Shown here: piece after piece, positions 10,545 through 19,767 of the stretch
Layout of the letters: every line of letters starts with the position of its first letter
How positions within the stretch are numbered: the stretch's first letter is position 1
Source: Gemmatimonadota bacterium
GTDB taxonomy: Bacteria; Gemmatimonadota; Gemmatimonadetes; Palauibacterales; Palauibacteraceae
Direction: 5' to 3'
Length of the DNA: 64,000 nt
Assembly (NCBI GenBank): GCA_046758745.1
Contig: JBHIAV010000004.1
Location: 41,641 to 105,640, forward strand
The notes under the pieces: generated by a model
The model's input: the letters and a program-made list of their open reading frames with translations, nothing else
Database searches by the model: none
Told to the model about the DNA's origin: nothing
Position numbers and translations under genes: made by a program

Positions 10545-10770
10545 CTACCCGTCGTTTCCGCCAAAGGCAATGTCCAACGAAGCCTGCTCCGCCTGCGGCG
10601 GAGACGCGGCCGGCCACCGTGACCGACTCCCAAGTCGTTCGGCGATCCATCGCGCCCAAGACAATGCCGAGCCACGCATGCTCTGCCTGCGGCAAGGATG
10701 CTCGTGCTCGAGGGCTAGCTCGCTCATCCGCTTACCGATCGATCTCGCCAAGAACAATGTCCAACGAAGC
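10545..10770 (-). repeat. Three degenerate tandem copies (period 93-94 bp) of the nuoD 3' end, separated by GCCGCAGGC-centred palindromes
   Basis: The CAATG core starts at 10568, 10662 and 10755. The 16-mer CAATGTCCAACGAAGC is identical at 10568 and 10755. The copies translate as ASLDIVLGEIDR*, AWLGIVLGAMDRR and ASLDIAFGGNDG*. Confidence 0.85.
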
Positions 10771-12600
10771 ATTGACGGCGATCACATCGGCCACCAGCCC
10801 GCCTTCCACCAGATACGGCAGGACGGCCAAGTTCACGAACGAAGGCCCGCGGAAGCGGCACCGCACCGGTTTCGATCCCCCATCGGAGACGATCCCGAAC
10901 CCGAGCTCGCCCTTCGACGCCTCGACCGAGTACCACACTTCGCCCGGCGGAACGTGCAGCCCTTCCATCACGAGCTTGAAGTGCGAGATCATGGCGTCGA
11001 TGGACGACATCGCCGCGCTCTTCGGGGGCAGGATCACCGAAGGATCGTCGATGTTGATCGGACCGTCCGGAAGCCGGTCGAGCGCCTGTTGGATGATGCG
11101 CACGCTCTGTCGCATCTCCTCCAAGCGCACGAGATACCGGTCGTAGCTATCGCCGTGCTCACCCACCGGAACGTCAAAGTCGTACTCCTCGTAACCGAGA
11201 TACGGGCGCGCCTTTCGTACGTCGTATGCCACCCCGCTCGCCCGCAGGTTCGGGCCGGTGAGCCCGAAGCTTACCGCGGTGGGTCCGTCGATCACCCCGA
11301 CGTCCACCGTGCGAGAGATCCAGATCGAGTTGTTGGTGAGCAGGCGCTCGACCTCGTCCAGGGTGGCAGGAAGGTTGTCCGCGAACTCCCGGGCTCCGTC
11401 GACCCACCCGGGCGGGAGGTCGGCGATCATCCCCCCGATTCGGGTTACGGAAGTGGTGAGGCGCGCCCCACAGTAGGCCTCGTGCAGGTTGTAGATGCGT
11501 TCGCGCTCCTGGAAGGTGTACAGGAACACGGTGAACGCCCCCAGGTCGATGCCGGTGGTCCCCAGCCAGAGCAGATGGCCATGGATCCGGTTCAGCTCGT
11601 TGAGGATCACCCGCAGCACGCGGCAGCGGGGCGTGATCTCGACGCCGAGCAGGCTCTCGACCGCGAGTGCGTAGCCGATGTTGTATATCATCGGCGCGAG
11701 GTAGTCCATCCGATCCGTGTACGGCACGACCTGGTTCCACTCCCGGTACTCGCACGTCTTCTCGAACCCGGTGTGCAGGTATCCGATGTGAGGAATGCAG
11801 CGAACGACGGTCTCCCCATCCAGCTCGAGCACGAGACGCAGAACCCCGTGAGTGGCCGGGTGCTGCGGACCGAGGTTGATCAGCATCGTCTCGCCGCTCA
11901 CGCCACCCTCATCCGCGAGAACGTCCTGTGGCATCCGGTCCGGGACGTCGCGCGGCCCCGACTCGCCCGCAAGCCGGCCCGTCATTGCCAGCTCCTCGCG
12001 CGTGTAGATGTCCCCAACTTCCCCACTCATCGCCCGGCGCGTCTGCTCGGAGCGGCTGAACCGGCCGCGCAGGGGAAAGTCCTTTCGGAGCGGGAAGCCT
12101 TCCTCGTAGTTCTCCGGCATGAGGATGCGGCGCAGGTCGGGATGTCCCCGGAAGGTGACGCCGAACAGGTCGTACACCTCCCTCTCGAGCCAGTCGGCCG
12201 TCCGCCACAGCGGGACCGCCGTGTCGATGGAGAGCGAGGTGAGCGGAAGCTCGCACACGACGCGGAGCTGTCGGCCGTGTTCCATCGACCACAGCTGATA
12301 CCACAGCTGAATCGGCCGGCCCCCTCCCGGATCGAATCCCATCACGTCCACGAGGAGATCGTACGCCTGCGAAGGCTCTTCCTTGAGGAAGCGCAGAATG
12401 TCGATGTTGTAGACAGGATCGACGCGGACGACGGTGACTCCGATCGCATCCGCCATCGCGGGACCGGTCGCGGCGCCGAACCGTTGGCGGAGCGCACGAA
12501 CGGAAGGATGTTCCTCGGGTGGCGGACGGCCCTCCCTCCCGCGTACGGATTCGCCGAGAACGAGGCCGGGGGGAGCTTCCGGCGTCGAGGTCACGGGCAT
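10732..12600 (-). CDS. nuoCD: NADH-quinone oxidoreductase fused subunit C/D
   Basis: NuoC part has EREVYDLFG...HPDLRRILM...PLRKDFP. NuoD part has GPQHPATHGVLR, GYLHTGFEK and a C-terminal DIVLGEIDR. Confidence 0.96.
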   Translation of the reverse strand: MPVTSTPEAPPGLVLGESVRGREGRPPPEEHPSVRALRQRFGAATGPAMADAIGVTVVRVDPVYNIDILRFLKEEPSQAYDLLVDVMGFDPGGGRPIQLWYQLWSMEHGRQLRVVCELPLTSLSIDTAVPLWRTADWLEREVYDLFGVTFRGHPDLRRILMPENYEEGFPLRKDFPLRGRFSRSEQTRRAMSGEVGDIYTREELAMTGRLAGESGPRDVPDRMPQDVLADEGGVSGETMLINLGPQHPATHGVLRLVLELDGETVVRCIPHIGYLHTGFEKTCEYREWNQVVPYTDRMDYLAPMIYNIGYALAVESLLGVEITPRCRVLRVILNELNRIHGHLLWLGTTGIDLGAFTVFLYTFQERERIYNLHEAYCGARLTTSVTRIGGMIADLPPGWVDGAREFADNLPATLDEVERLLTNNSIWISRTVDVGVIDGPTAVSFGLTGPNLRASGVAYDVRKARPYLGYEEYDFDVPVGEHGDSYDRYLVRLEEMRQSVRIIQQALDRLPDGPINIDDPSVILPPKSAAMSSIDAMISHFKLVMEGLHVPPGEVWYSVEASKGELGFGIVSDGGSKPVRCRFRGPSFVNLAVLPYLVEGGLVADVIAVNASLDIVLGEIDR

Positions 12601-12607
12601 CCGGGAG

Positions 12608-13312
12608 TCAGTTTTGATGCTCGAGCAGGCGTTCGCGCCGGTCTCGCGGTCGGCGGACGGCCGCCGTCGGCTCGATGCCGCTCACGCGGTTCTGTCCCGT
12701 CGAGTTCCCGAATGGCTGGGCGACCAGCTCGATCGCCTCCGGTGGAAGGTTGGGGCGGCCGGTGGCTTCGGGGCTCTCCTCGCGCAGCGAGCTGTTCCGG
12801 AGCGACTCGCCCTTGATCTTCTCCTGGATCATGAGGAGCCCGTAGATCAAGCCCTCCGGGCGGGGCGGGCAGCCCGGAACATACACATCGACGGGGATGA
12901 TCGTGTCGATCCCCTGCACGATGGTGTAGTTGTCGAACATCCCGCCCGAGCTGGCGCACGCCCCCATCGATACGCACCACTTGGGCTGCGGCATCTGGTC
13001 CCAGATCTTCCGCAGTACGGGAGCGAGCTTGTAGCTCACTCTGCCCGCCACAATCATGACATCCGCCTGCCGCGGGCTGAACGACATCCGCTCCATGCCG
13101 AAGCGCGCCAGATCATACTTCGACGCGGCGGACGCCATCATCTCAATCGCGCAGCAGGCCGTGCCGAAGGGCATGGGCCATAGCGAGTTCCGGCGCGCCC
13201 AGTTGATCACGTAGTCGAGCCGGGTGGTCAGCCATCCGGCCGGAACGCCGGTGTCCAGCTCGCGCATTCCGTCGCCGTTCACGGCAGGGAGCTTCTTTCT
13301 TGCGGAGGTCAT
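12608..13312 (-). CDS. nuoB: NADH-quinone oxidoreductase subunit B
   Basis: [16 protein letters not shown] and VPGCPPRPE motifs. Confidence 0.97.
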   Translation of the reverse strand: MTSARKKLPAVNGDGMRELDTGVPAGWLTTRLDYVINWARRNSLWPMPFGTACCAIEMMASAASKYDLARFGMERMSFSPRQADVMIVAGRVSYKLAPVLRKIWDQMPQPKWCVSMGACASSGGMFDNYTIVQGIDTIIPVDVYVPGCPPRPEGLIYGLLMIQEKIKGESLRNSSLREESPEATGRPNLPPEAIELVAQPFGNSTGQNRVSGIEPTAAVRRPRDRRERLLEHQN

Positions 13313-13313
13313 T

Positions 13314-13670
13314 TCAATCCCACTCCAGAGCGCCCTTCTTCCACGCGTAGGCCAGCCCGGCTCCCAGCACGATCACGAAGACCGTCATCTCGACGAAACC
13401 GAACAGCCCCAGCTCCCGATAGATGGCCGCCCACGGAATGAAGAAGATCGTCTCGATATCGAAGACGATGAACAGCATCGCCACGATGTAGAACTTGACG
13501 GAGAACCGTTCCCGCGTGTCGCCGAGCGGCGGGATGCCGGACTCGTACGCGCTTCGCTTGGCCGGCGTGGGGCGATACACGCTTGCCAAGCGCGAAAGAA
13601 CGATGAGAAGCGCTGCGTTGAGAACCGCCGCTATGGTGAGGAAGAGGATCCCCAGATACCCCTGCTTCAT
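13314..13670 (-). CDS. nuoA: NADH-quinone oxidoreductase subunit A
   Basis: [18 protein letters not shown] and KKGALEW motifs. Start is probably ATG 13670 (alternative 13682). Confidence 0.96.
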   Translation of the reverse strand: MKQGYLGILFLTIAAVLNAALLIVLSRLASVYRPTPAKRSAYESGIPPLGDTRERFSVKFYIVAMLFIVFDIETIFFIPWAAIYRELGLFGFVEMTVFVIVLGAGLAYAWKKGALEWD

Positions 13671-13685
13671 CCGTATCCGCATAAC

Positions 13686-13703
13686 TTGTGAAAAACTTCA
13701 CTT
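13686..13703. promoter_or_regulatory. Rex-type (or CRP/FNR-family) operator upstream of nuoA
   Basis: TTGTGAA-AAAC-TTCACTT against the Rex consensus TTGTGAA-N4-TTCACAA. It lies just downstream of the predicted nuo promoter. Confidence 0.65.
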
Positions 13704-13712
13704 GGCGCGCCG

Positions 13713-13742
13713 AACATAGCGGAGGCTTCGTGACCCCGTCAA
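13713..13742 (-). promoter_or_regulatory. Putative sigma70 promoter of the nuo operon
   Basis: TTGACG-N18-TATGTT on the minus strand. Confidence 0.55.
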
Positions 13743-14002
13743 GAAAATTCCGCCAGAACGGGGGCGTGCGCATGGCCGCACCCGGTCCCTCCCGCAGAAC
13801 GGCCGCGCCCGCCGATCCCGGAGTCACGAGCCGAGCCGGTTGATCCTCCGGAACGGACCGGGCATATTCGGGCGGCCTCGTCCCGGCAGTACGAACCCGC
13901 GCCTGCGGCACCCGGAACGCTGTCGCGGCGCACGAGACGCTCCACCGCCCGGCCGCCTGCCCGCGCCGGAGGAACCGAATCGATTCGGGGGTAACCCGCT
14001 GC

Positions 14003-14557
14003 ATGGCCATCAAGAACGACACGTGGATCCGGCGCATGGCTCTGGAGCACCGGATGATCGAACCTTTCCAGGAGAATCAGGTCGGTGAGGGAGTCATCTC
14101 CTACGGCCTCAGCAGCTACGGCTACGACATGCGCGTCGCGGACGAGTTCCGCATCTTTCATAATGCGCTCTCTCCCGTAGTGGATCCGAAGGCGTTCGAC
14201 CAGCGCTCTTTCGTGGAGTACAGGGGGGACGTGTGCATCATCCCGCCGAATTCGTTCGGCCTCGCACGTTCGGTCGAGTACTTCCGGATCCCGCGCAACG
14301 TTCTCACCATCTGCGTCGGAAAGTCGACCTATGCCCGCTGCGGAATCATCACCAACGTCACTCCCTTCGAGCCGGAGTGGGAAGGGTATGTGACCCTGGA
14401 GATCAGCAACACGACTCCCCTTCCCGCCCGGATCTACGCCAACGAGGGAATCGCCCAGGTGATCTTCTTCGAATCGGACGCGCCGTGCGAGATTAGCTAC
14501 CGTGACCGGAAGGGAAAGTACCAGGGTCAGACGGGGGTGACGCCCCCGCGCCTCTGA
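14003..14557 (+). CDS. dcd: dCTP deaminase
   Basis: [20 protein letters not shown] and PFEPEWEG motifs. Confidence 0.96.
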   Translation: MAIKNDTWIRRMALEHRMIEPFQENQVGEGVISYGLSSYGYDMRVADEFRIFHNALSPVVDPKAFDQRSFVEYRGDVCIIPPNSFGLARSVEYFRIPRNVLTICVGKSTYARCGIITNVTPFEPEWEGYVTLEISNTTPLPARIYANEGIAQVIFFESDAPCEISYRDRKGKYQGQTGVTPPRL

Positions 14558-14629
14558 TTGTCCGCCGGAGAGCGATCATTCCGAGACGGGAGTTGGAAGA
14601 GGCCGGGCGGCAAAGCGGGCAAGCCGGTC

Positions 14630-15004
14630 CTATCCGGCTTTCCGGAGCGCGCCGGCCGCGACAAGAAGCCACCCGGCCAGGAACGCGGCGCCGCCCACGG
14701 GCGTGATCGCCCCGGGCCAGCGGGACCCGCCGATCGCCAATGTGTAGAGACTGCCCGAGAAGAGTAGCGTTCCGGAAAGGAAGGACCAGCCGGCCGCCCT
14801 CCACGGCCAAGCGGGGCGTCGTCCGGCGGCGAGCGCCACGAACAGCAACGCGAGCGCGTGCACGAGCTGATAGCGCACTCCGGTCTCGAACGTGACCAGG
14901 CGATCCACAGGCAGCCGCGCGCGCAGCAGGTGGGCCCCGAACGCTCCGCCGGCGACGCCGGTGAAGGCGAGCGCGGCGCCGAAGGCGGCGAAGAGCCTGT
15001 GCAT
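14630..15004 (-). CDS. DUF423 (YgdD/TMEM256-like) membrane protein
   Basis: GAFGAH, YQLVHALAL, LFSGSLY and GAITPVGG motifs. Start trimmed to ATG 15004. Confidence 0.9.
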   Translation of the reverse strand: MHRLFAAFGAALAFTGVAGGAFGAHLLRARLPVDRLVTFETGVRYQLVHALALLFVALAAGRRPAWPWRAAGWSFLSGTLLFSGSLYTLAIGGSRWPGAITPVGGAAFLAGWLLVAAGALRKAG

Positions 15005-15147
15005 GGGCGGCAACCTAGCGGCGCCGCCCGCGCACCGCGAGTGTAGTGAGGCGACCGGGGGGCACCACCAGAATCGGAGGGATGATGGGGCGGCGCGCGA
15101 GCGGGTTTGAGAACCGACGCAGTCGAGAAAGGGGGCGGAGAGGCGCG

Positions 15148-16494
15148 ATGGCTGAAGGAGGGACCGGGGACCGCGGGTCCGGGGGTCGAGTTGTGGTAGC
15201 GATCCTCGCGGGCGAGGAGGAGCTGGACGCTGCCGCGCGAGGAGGGTTGGAGGAACTGGATCAGGAGATTCGAGTGTACGAGGATCCGGGGGAGGCGCTG
15301 GAGGCAATCCGGGAGGCTGGACCCGATCTCGTGATCGTCGACGCGGCCGTACCGGGAGCCGACCCCGCGGCGTTCCGTGAGGCGCTGAGCGAGCGGGCCG
15401 TCAGCCCGGAGGACCAGCTCCTGGTTGTCCTCGCGCCCGGCCGGACGGGGCCGCCCCCCGTCCCGACCGGCATCCGGCACTACCTTTCGCGTCCCTTCCC
15501 GCCGGATGCCCTGCGCGCGTACGCCGCTTCCCTCCTCGGTGCATCGACCGCAGGGGTGGAACGGGCCGCAAGGGGCTCCGGTGTGAGGCCCCGTCTGCCC
15601 TCTAATGCAGCGGTGCAGCGTCTGTACGGCGAGGCCGGACGTTGGGTCGGGGCGATGCTCGACCGAGCGCGGGCCGGGGAGGAGCTCGAGATCTCCCGCT
15701 GCCGGCCTATCGCCGAGGAGATCCTGACCGACCTGCTGCGCAGCAATGCGCTCGTGCTCAAGTCGCTCGAGCCCCATGGGTCATACGACCTTCCAAGCCA
15801 CTGTGTGAACGTGGCGATCATGGCGGGAAAGATCGCCAACGGCCTCGCGTACGATCTAGAGCGCACCCTGGAGGTCGTGCAGGCCGGACTGCTCCACGAC
15901 ATCGGGATGGCCAAGATCCCGGGGCAGCTCCTCGTCAAGAAGGGTCCCCTTACCGAGGTCGAGCTGGCAAAGATACGGCGTCACCCCGAATACGGGGCCG
16001 AGATGATCGCCGCGCTCGGGCCACGCTATGAGTGGATGGCGCGAGCGGTGAGACAGGAGCACGAGCGGCTGAACGGCCAGGGCTACCCGCAGGGTCTCTC
16101 GGGGGACGAGATCGACCCGATCGCGCGGATCCTCGCCGTGGCGGATGTGTTCGAGGCGCTCTCGCACCCCCGGGCCTATCGCTCACCGTTCACTGCGTTC
16201 GACGCCCTCCAGAAGGTGGTGGGGATGCAGCGGGAATACTTCGCGCGGGACGTGGTCTCGGCGTTGGTGAACGAGATCTCCTCCTTCCCGCTGGACAGCT
16301 TCGTGCAGCTGAACACAGGCGAGATCGGCCGGGTCGTAGCCACGAATCCAGACAACCTGCTGCGGCCGAAGGTTCTTATCCTGTGGGATGCGGCCTGGAA
16401 GCCTTTGCCCGAGCCGCGCGGGCTCGACCTGGCGCTCGACCCGGGGATCTCGATCACCCGCACGCTGCACGAGGCCGAGCTGCCGATCACCTGA
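15148..16494 (+). CDS. HD-GYP domain protein with N-terminal receiver-like domain (putative cyclic-dinucleotide phosphodiesterase)
   Basis: PDLVIVD (REC-like), SHCVNV, LLHDIG, HPEYG, EHERLNGQGYP and AVADVFEAL motifs. Confidence 0.85.
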   Translation: MAEGGTGDRGSGGRVVVAILAGEEELDAAARGGLEELDQEIRVYEDPGEALEAIREAGPDLVIVDAAVPGADPAAFREALSERAVSPEDQLLVVLAPGRTGPPPVPTGIRHYLSRPFPPDALRAYAASLLGASTAGVERAARGSGVRPRLPSNAAVQRLYGEAGRWVGAMLDRARAGEELEISRCRPIAEEILTDLLRSNALVLKSLEPHGSYDLPSHCVNVAIMAGKIANGLAYDLERTLEVVQAGLLHDIGMAKIPGQLLVKKGPLTEVELAKIRRHPEYGAEMIAALGPRYEWMARAVRQEHERLNGQGYPQGLSGDEIDPIARILAVADVFEALSHPRAYRSPFTAFDALQKVVGMQREYFARDVVSALVNEISSFPLDSFVQLNTGEIGRVVATNPDNLLRPKVLILWDAAWKPLPEPRGLDLALDPGISITRTLHEAELPIT

Positions 16495-16604
16495 AGGGAG
16501 CGCAACGGGAGGCCGGTTTTCCGCTCGCGCCGCTCACGAACCGCGGGAGCGACAGGCGCCGCTCCCACCGGTCATGCCCCTCAGGTTCTCGACTGGATCG
16601 TGGT

Positions 16605-17636
16605 CTATCCGCTCACGAGCACGGCGGCGGTCACGGCCGACTGCCACAGAAGCCCCACTCCACGCCACTGTCCGCTCTCGAGCTTGGCTATGCCGGCCTC
16701 CCGCAGTCGGATCGCCAGAGCGAGGATCGCCTCCTGCGCCGGGGTCGGATCCTCACCGATCGCCGCCCGTGCCTCCTCGATCAGCCGGGTGGCCACCTCG
16801 AGCAGGAGGCGGGCATCCTCCTGCGTCGGACGCTCGGCGCCGAGGACGGCGATGAGCGCATACTCCTGCCCCCGCCAGCTCAGCAGCGCAGCCCGGCGAA
16901 GAGCGCCGAACTCGAGAACCGCCTGCGCGCGTCGCACCAGCTCGACGGCGTGGGCCTGGATCCGCTCCTGGACCGGCGTCGGATCATCTCCGATGAGGCG
17001 TGCCGAGAGCTCGACTGCCCGGATCCCGCGCGCGATCTGCAGCCTCGCGTACGCGAGGGTGATGTGGCGCAGCGTGTCGTGCCTCAACCGGAAGTGGTCG
17101 GTCACCTGCAGGGCCAGGATCAGACGCTCCACGGCGTGGACCGGCTGGCCCTCGGCCTCGAAGGCCCGCGCCTGCTCGAGAAGCTCGGTCAGCACCTGCT
17201 CGAGCTGGTCGATCCGATCGAACTCGGCGGAGGCCTCGGCCAGACGGTCGCGGATCGTCTCCACGCGCGCGAACAGCTCATCGACCACCTCCTCCCCTCG
17301 CGTCTCCAGCAGATGCCGCGCGAGCTCGAGACGGGCCTCCCTCGCGCGCCGGCGCGCCGTTTCGGGATCGCCGTCCAGCGACGCGAGGCGGGCTTCATCG
17401 AACAGCCCCTCGGCCTCCGCCAGCGGTCCGGTGATGGCGTCGGGCGACGCGCCGAGCGACAGGGCTATGTCCTCGAGCGCCACCGCCGCGAGCAGGGAGT
17501 CGCCGGCCACTTGTGCCTCGACATCGCCGCCGATGCCTGGCGCGGATGGGTCCGGTTCGGTCGGTGAGTCCCCACATGCAGCGAGACCGCCGGCCAGCAG
17601 CAAAGCGAGCACTGCGCTCTTCCTCGGAGTACCCAT
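16605..17636 (-). CDS. Hypothetical alpha-helical lipoprotein
   Basis: SD GGAGG then ATG 17636. Signal peptide with lipobox LAA-C (MGTPRKSAVLALLLAGGLAACGDSPTEP). Internal ~78-aa repeat. Confidence 0.75.
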   Translation of the reverse strand: MGTPRKSAVLALLLAGGLAACGDSPTEPDPSAPGIGGDVEAQVAGDSLLAAVALEDIALSLGASPDAITGPLAEAEGLFDEARLASLDGDPETARRRAREARLELARHLLETRGEEVVDELFARVETIRDRLAEASAEFDRIDQLEQVLTELLEQARAFEAEGQPVHAVERLILALQVTDHFRLRHDTLRHITLAYARLQIARGIRAVELSARLIGDDPTPVQERIQAHAVELVRRAQAVLEFGALRRAALLSWRGQEYALIAVLGAERPTQEDARLLLEVATRLIEEARAAIGEDPTPAQEAILALAIRLREAGIAKLESGQWRGVGLLWQSAVTAAVLVSG

Positions 17637-17745
17637 GCTCCCTCCCATACTCATGGCCGGAGCCTCGGCCCGGCCGGATGGTCTCTCTCGCTCTGATCGT
17701 AAGACGATGCGAGCGGGCGTTTCGTTAACCGGCCGCGCCAGCCGC

Positions 17746-18276
17746 TCAGCGCGCTCGCAGGCCCGTGACGAGGTAGGAGCGATCGCGCGCATCGAACTCG
17801 ACCAACCGCACCGTCCGGCCGAACGGAAGCACCTCACCGGAAGAGTGGCAGCGGACGACGTGCATCACGCCGTCATCGTCCTGCCACTGGACGCGACCCG
17901 AGCCAGGCTCGGATGCGACCTGGCGGCTGACCACGATCGCCTCAAGTCCTTCGTGCCCCGGCTCCGTGAGCCGTACATCCCGGATCGGCGGAAAATGACG
18001 GTCGCGGAAGCGCACGGCCGCTCGCCCTGTGAGGAGGCCGACGGCGATCGACACCGCCAGAACCAGGGGAAAGCGCGGCGCGGGGGACCCGAGCGCCAGG
18101 TCATGGATCGCACCATTCCACGTGAGACCCGTAATGGCCGCGGCGATCAGGCCGGCCGTCGCGCCGAGCGAATCCCCTCCGAGCCGCCGCGCCACCGGCA
18201 CCGAAGCGGCCGCGACGACGGCGGCCAGCACGAAGGGGAGGTTGTACGGCTCGGCGAGGAACGCCAGGTAGCTCAA
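17746..18276 (-). CDS. YqiJ/DUF1449- or NfeD-like membrane protein with C-terminal OB-fold-like domain
   Basis: N-terminal YNLPF, three hydrophobic segments and a beta-rich C-terminus (GRVQWQDDDGVMHVVRC...GRTVRLVEFD...YLV). TTG start. Confidence 0.6.
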   Translation of the reverse strand: MSYLAFLAEPYNLPFVLAAVVAAASVPVARRLGGDSLGATAGLIAAAITGLTWNGAIHDLALGSPAPRFPLVLAVSIAVGLLTGRAAVRFRDRHFPPIRDVRLTEPGHEGLEAIVVSRQVASEPGSGRVQWQDDDGVMHVVRCHSSGEVLPFGRTVRLVEFDARDRSYLVTGLRAR

Positions 18277-18381
18277 GGCACCGGACCCTCGGTCAGGGGA
18301 GCGGGGTGTCGGTGCCGGCTGTGCCTGCTCGCTCCGGGTCGCTCGCCGAGGCGCCGCCCGGGTCCGGACGTATCGGGCGAC

Positions 18382-19311
18382 TCAGGCGAACTGCACGATC
18401 TCCATCGTCTCATGCACCGCGGCTGCCGACGCGCGAAGGGCCCGCCGCTCCTCGTCGTCGAGCTCTACCTGGTAAATCTCCTCGATGCCCGAGCTGCCGA
18501 GCTTGCACGGGACGCCCAGGAAGAGCCCCTCGAGCCCGTACTCTCCCTCGAGCCAGCAGGCACACGGGAGGACCCGCCGCTTGTCACGCACGATCGACTC
18601 GCACATCTGCGTCACGGCGGCCGAGGGGGCGTAGTACGCGCTCCCCTCCTTGAGAAGGCCGACGATCTCGCCGCCGCCCTTGCGCGTACGCTCGACAAGC
18701 GCCCGGATGCGATCCTCCGGGAGGAGCTGCCGAAGCGGGATGCCTCCGACGGAGACCGTGCTCACCAGGGGCACCATGCTGTCGCCGTGCCCTCCGAGCA
18801 CCAGGGCCTGGACGTCCTCGACGCTCACGTCGAGCTCCATGGCAATGAAGCTCCGGAAGCGGGCCGTGTCGAGAACGCCGGCCATGCCGACGACCCGCTC
18901 TCTGGGAAAGCCGGTCACTTCCTTGGCCACATACGCCATCACGTCGAGCGGGTTGGTGACCATGACGATGATCGAGTCGGGGCTCTGCTCGCGGATCTGC
19001 TCGGCGATACCGCTGACGATGCCGGCGTTCTTCTGCACCAGATCGTCGCGGCTCATGCCCGGCTTTCGGGCCAGCCCGGCGGTCACGACGTAGATCTCCG
19101 AGCCGGCCGTCTCCTCGTACCTCTGAGCGCCGCGGATCATCGTATCGAATCCCTCCACCGGGGCCGATTCCCACTGATCGAGCGCCTTCCCCTGAGGCAT
19201 TCCCTCGACGATGTCGATCAGGACGACCTCGCGCGCCAGCTCGCGCTCGGCGATCCGCTGCGCCGTAGTGGCCCCTACGTGCCCGGCACCGACGACCGTG
19301 ATCTTGTCCAC
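18382..19311 (-). CDS. mdh: Malate dehydrogenase (LDH-like)
   Basis: KITVVGAGHVG, ARKPGMSRDDL, VTNPLD and LGGHGD motifs. GTG start at 19311. Confidence 0.95.
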   Translation of the reverse strand: MDKITVVGAGHVGATTAQRIAERELAREVVLIDIVEGMPQGKALDQWESAPVEGFDTMIRGAQRYEETAGSEIYVVTAGLARKPGMSRDDLVQKNAGIVSGIAEQIREQSPDSIIVMVTNPLDVMAYVAKEVTGFPRERVVGMAGVLDTARFRSFIAMELDVSVEDVQALVLGGHGDSMVPLVSTVSVGGIPLRQLLPEDRIRALVERTRKGGGEIVGLLKEGSAYYAPSAAVTQMCESIVRDKRRVLPCACWLEGEYGLEGLFLGVPCKLGSSGIEEIYQVELDDEERRALRASAAAVHETMEIVQFA

Positions 19312-19426
19312 GTCTCTTACCGCCCCCTCAAGCTGATTGTCCGGCCGGCCTCCGGCCGCCACCGACCCCTAGCGCCTCTTCCGCGCGGCGTGCATCCCCG
19401 AGGGTGAGGGCCGACCGAGCGAAGGA

Positions 19427-19450
19427 CTCGCGCCGCGGGAGCGGCGCGAG
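19427..19450 (-). terminator. GC-rich hairpin, possible terminator downstream of the moa cluster
   Basis: Perfect 10-bp stem CTCGCGCCGC-N4-GCGGCGCGAG with only a weak U-tract. Confidence 0.4.
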
Positions 19451-19482
19451 AGCCGGCAGGCCAGAGGTGTCCTCCCGGGTCG

Positions 19483-19722
19483 TCAGCCCCGACGTGCGGC
19501 GAGGGCGTCGGCGCGCCGTGCCGCCTCGCCCGCGATCGCCTCCAGCGCGCGGTCCCACCGCTCGGGGCTCATGCGCTCGACCGCCGCCTCCACGATGTCC
19601 AGGAGATCGAGAAGCTCGGCTCGGGTGACGGGGCCGTCCGAATCCTCTTCCTGCAGGGCGCTTCGAAGGGCGGCGATCCGTTCCCGGAGCTCCTGATATC
19701 GCTGTCGCTCTTCGTAGGTCAT
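19483..19722 (-). CDS. Small hypothetical helical protein (79 aa)
   Basis: MTYEERQRYQELRERIAALRSAL...; SD-like GAAGGT; fills the gap after moaA. Confidence 0.6.
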   Translation of the reverse strand: MTYEERQRYQELRERIAALRSALQEEDSDGPVTRAELLDLLDIVEAAVERMSPERWDRALEAIAGEAARRADALAARRG

Positions 19723-19767
19723 ATGCTTACCTTCGCAACCCACCTGCTATCCGCCGCTCCGCACCCA

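Noticed and set aside
10545..10770. Regularly spaced repeats considered as a CRISPR array
   Set aside because: There are only three highly degenerate copies, they derive from nuoD coding sequence, and there are no cas genes or leader.
10375..12816. 813-aa plus-strand ORF and many similar long antisense ORFs (e.g. 7178..8956, 16600..19407, 53245..54939)
   Set aside because: They are shadow frames opposite well-supported genes. Stop codons are scarce at this GC content, and the translations are low-complexity Arg/Pro/Ala with no motifs.
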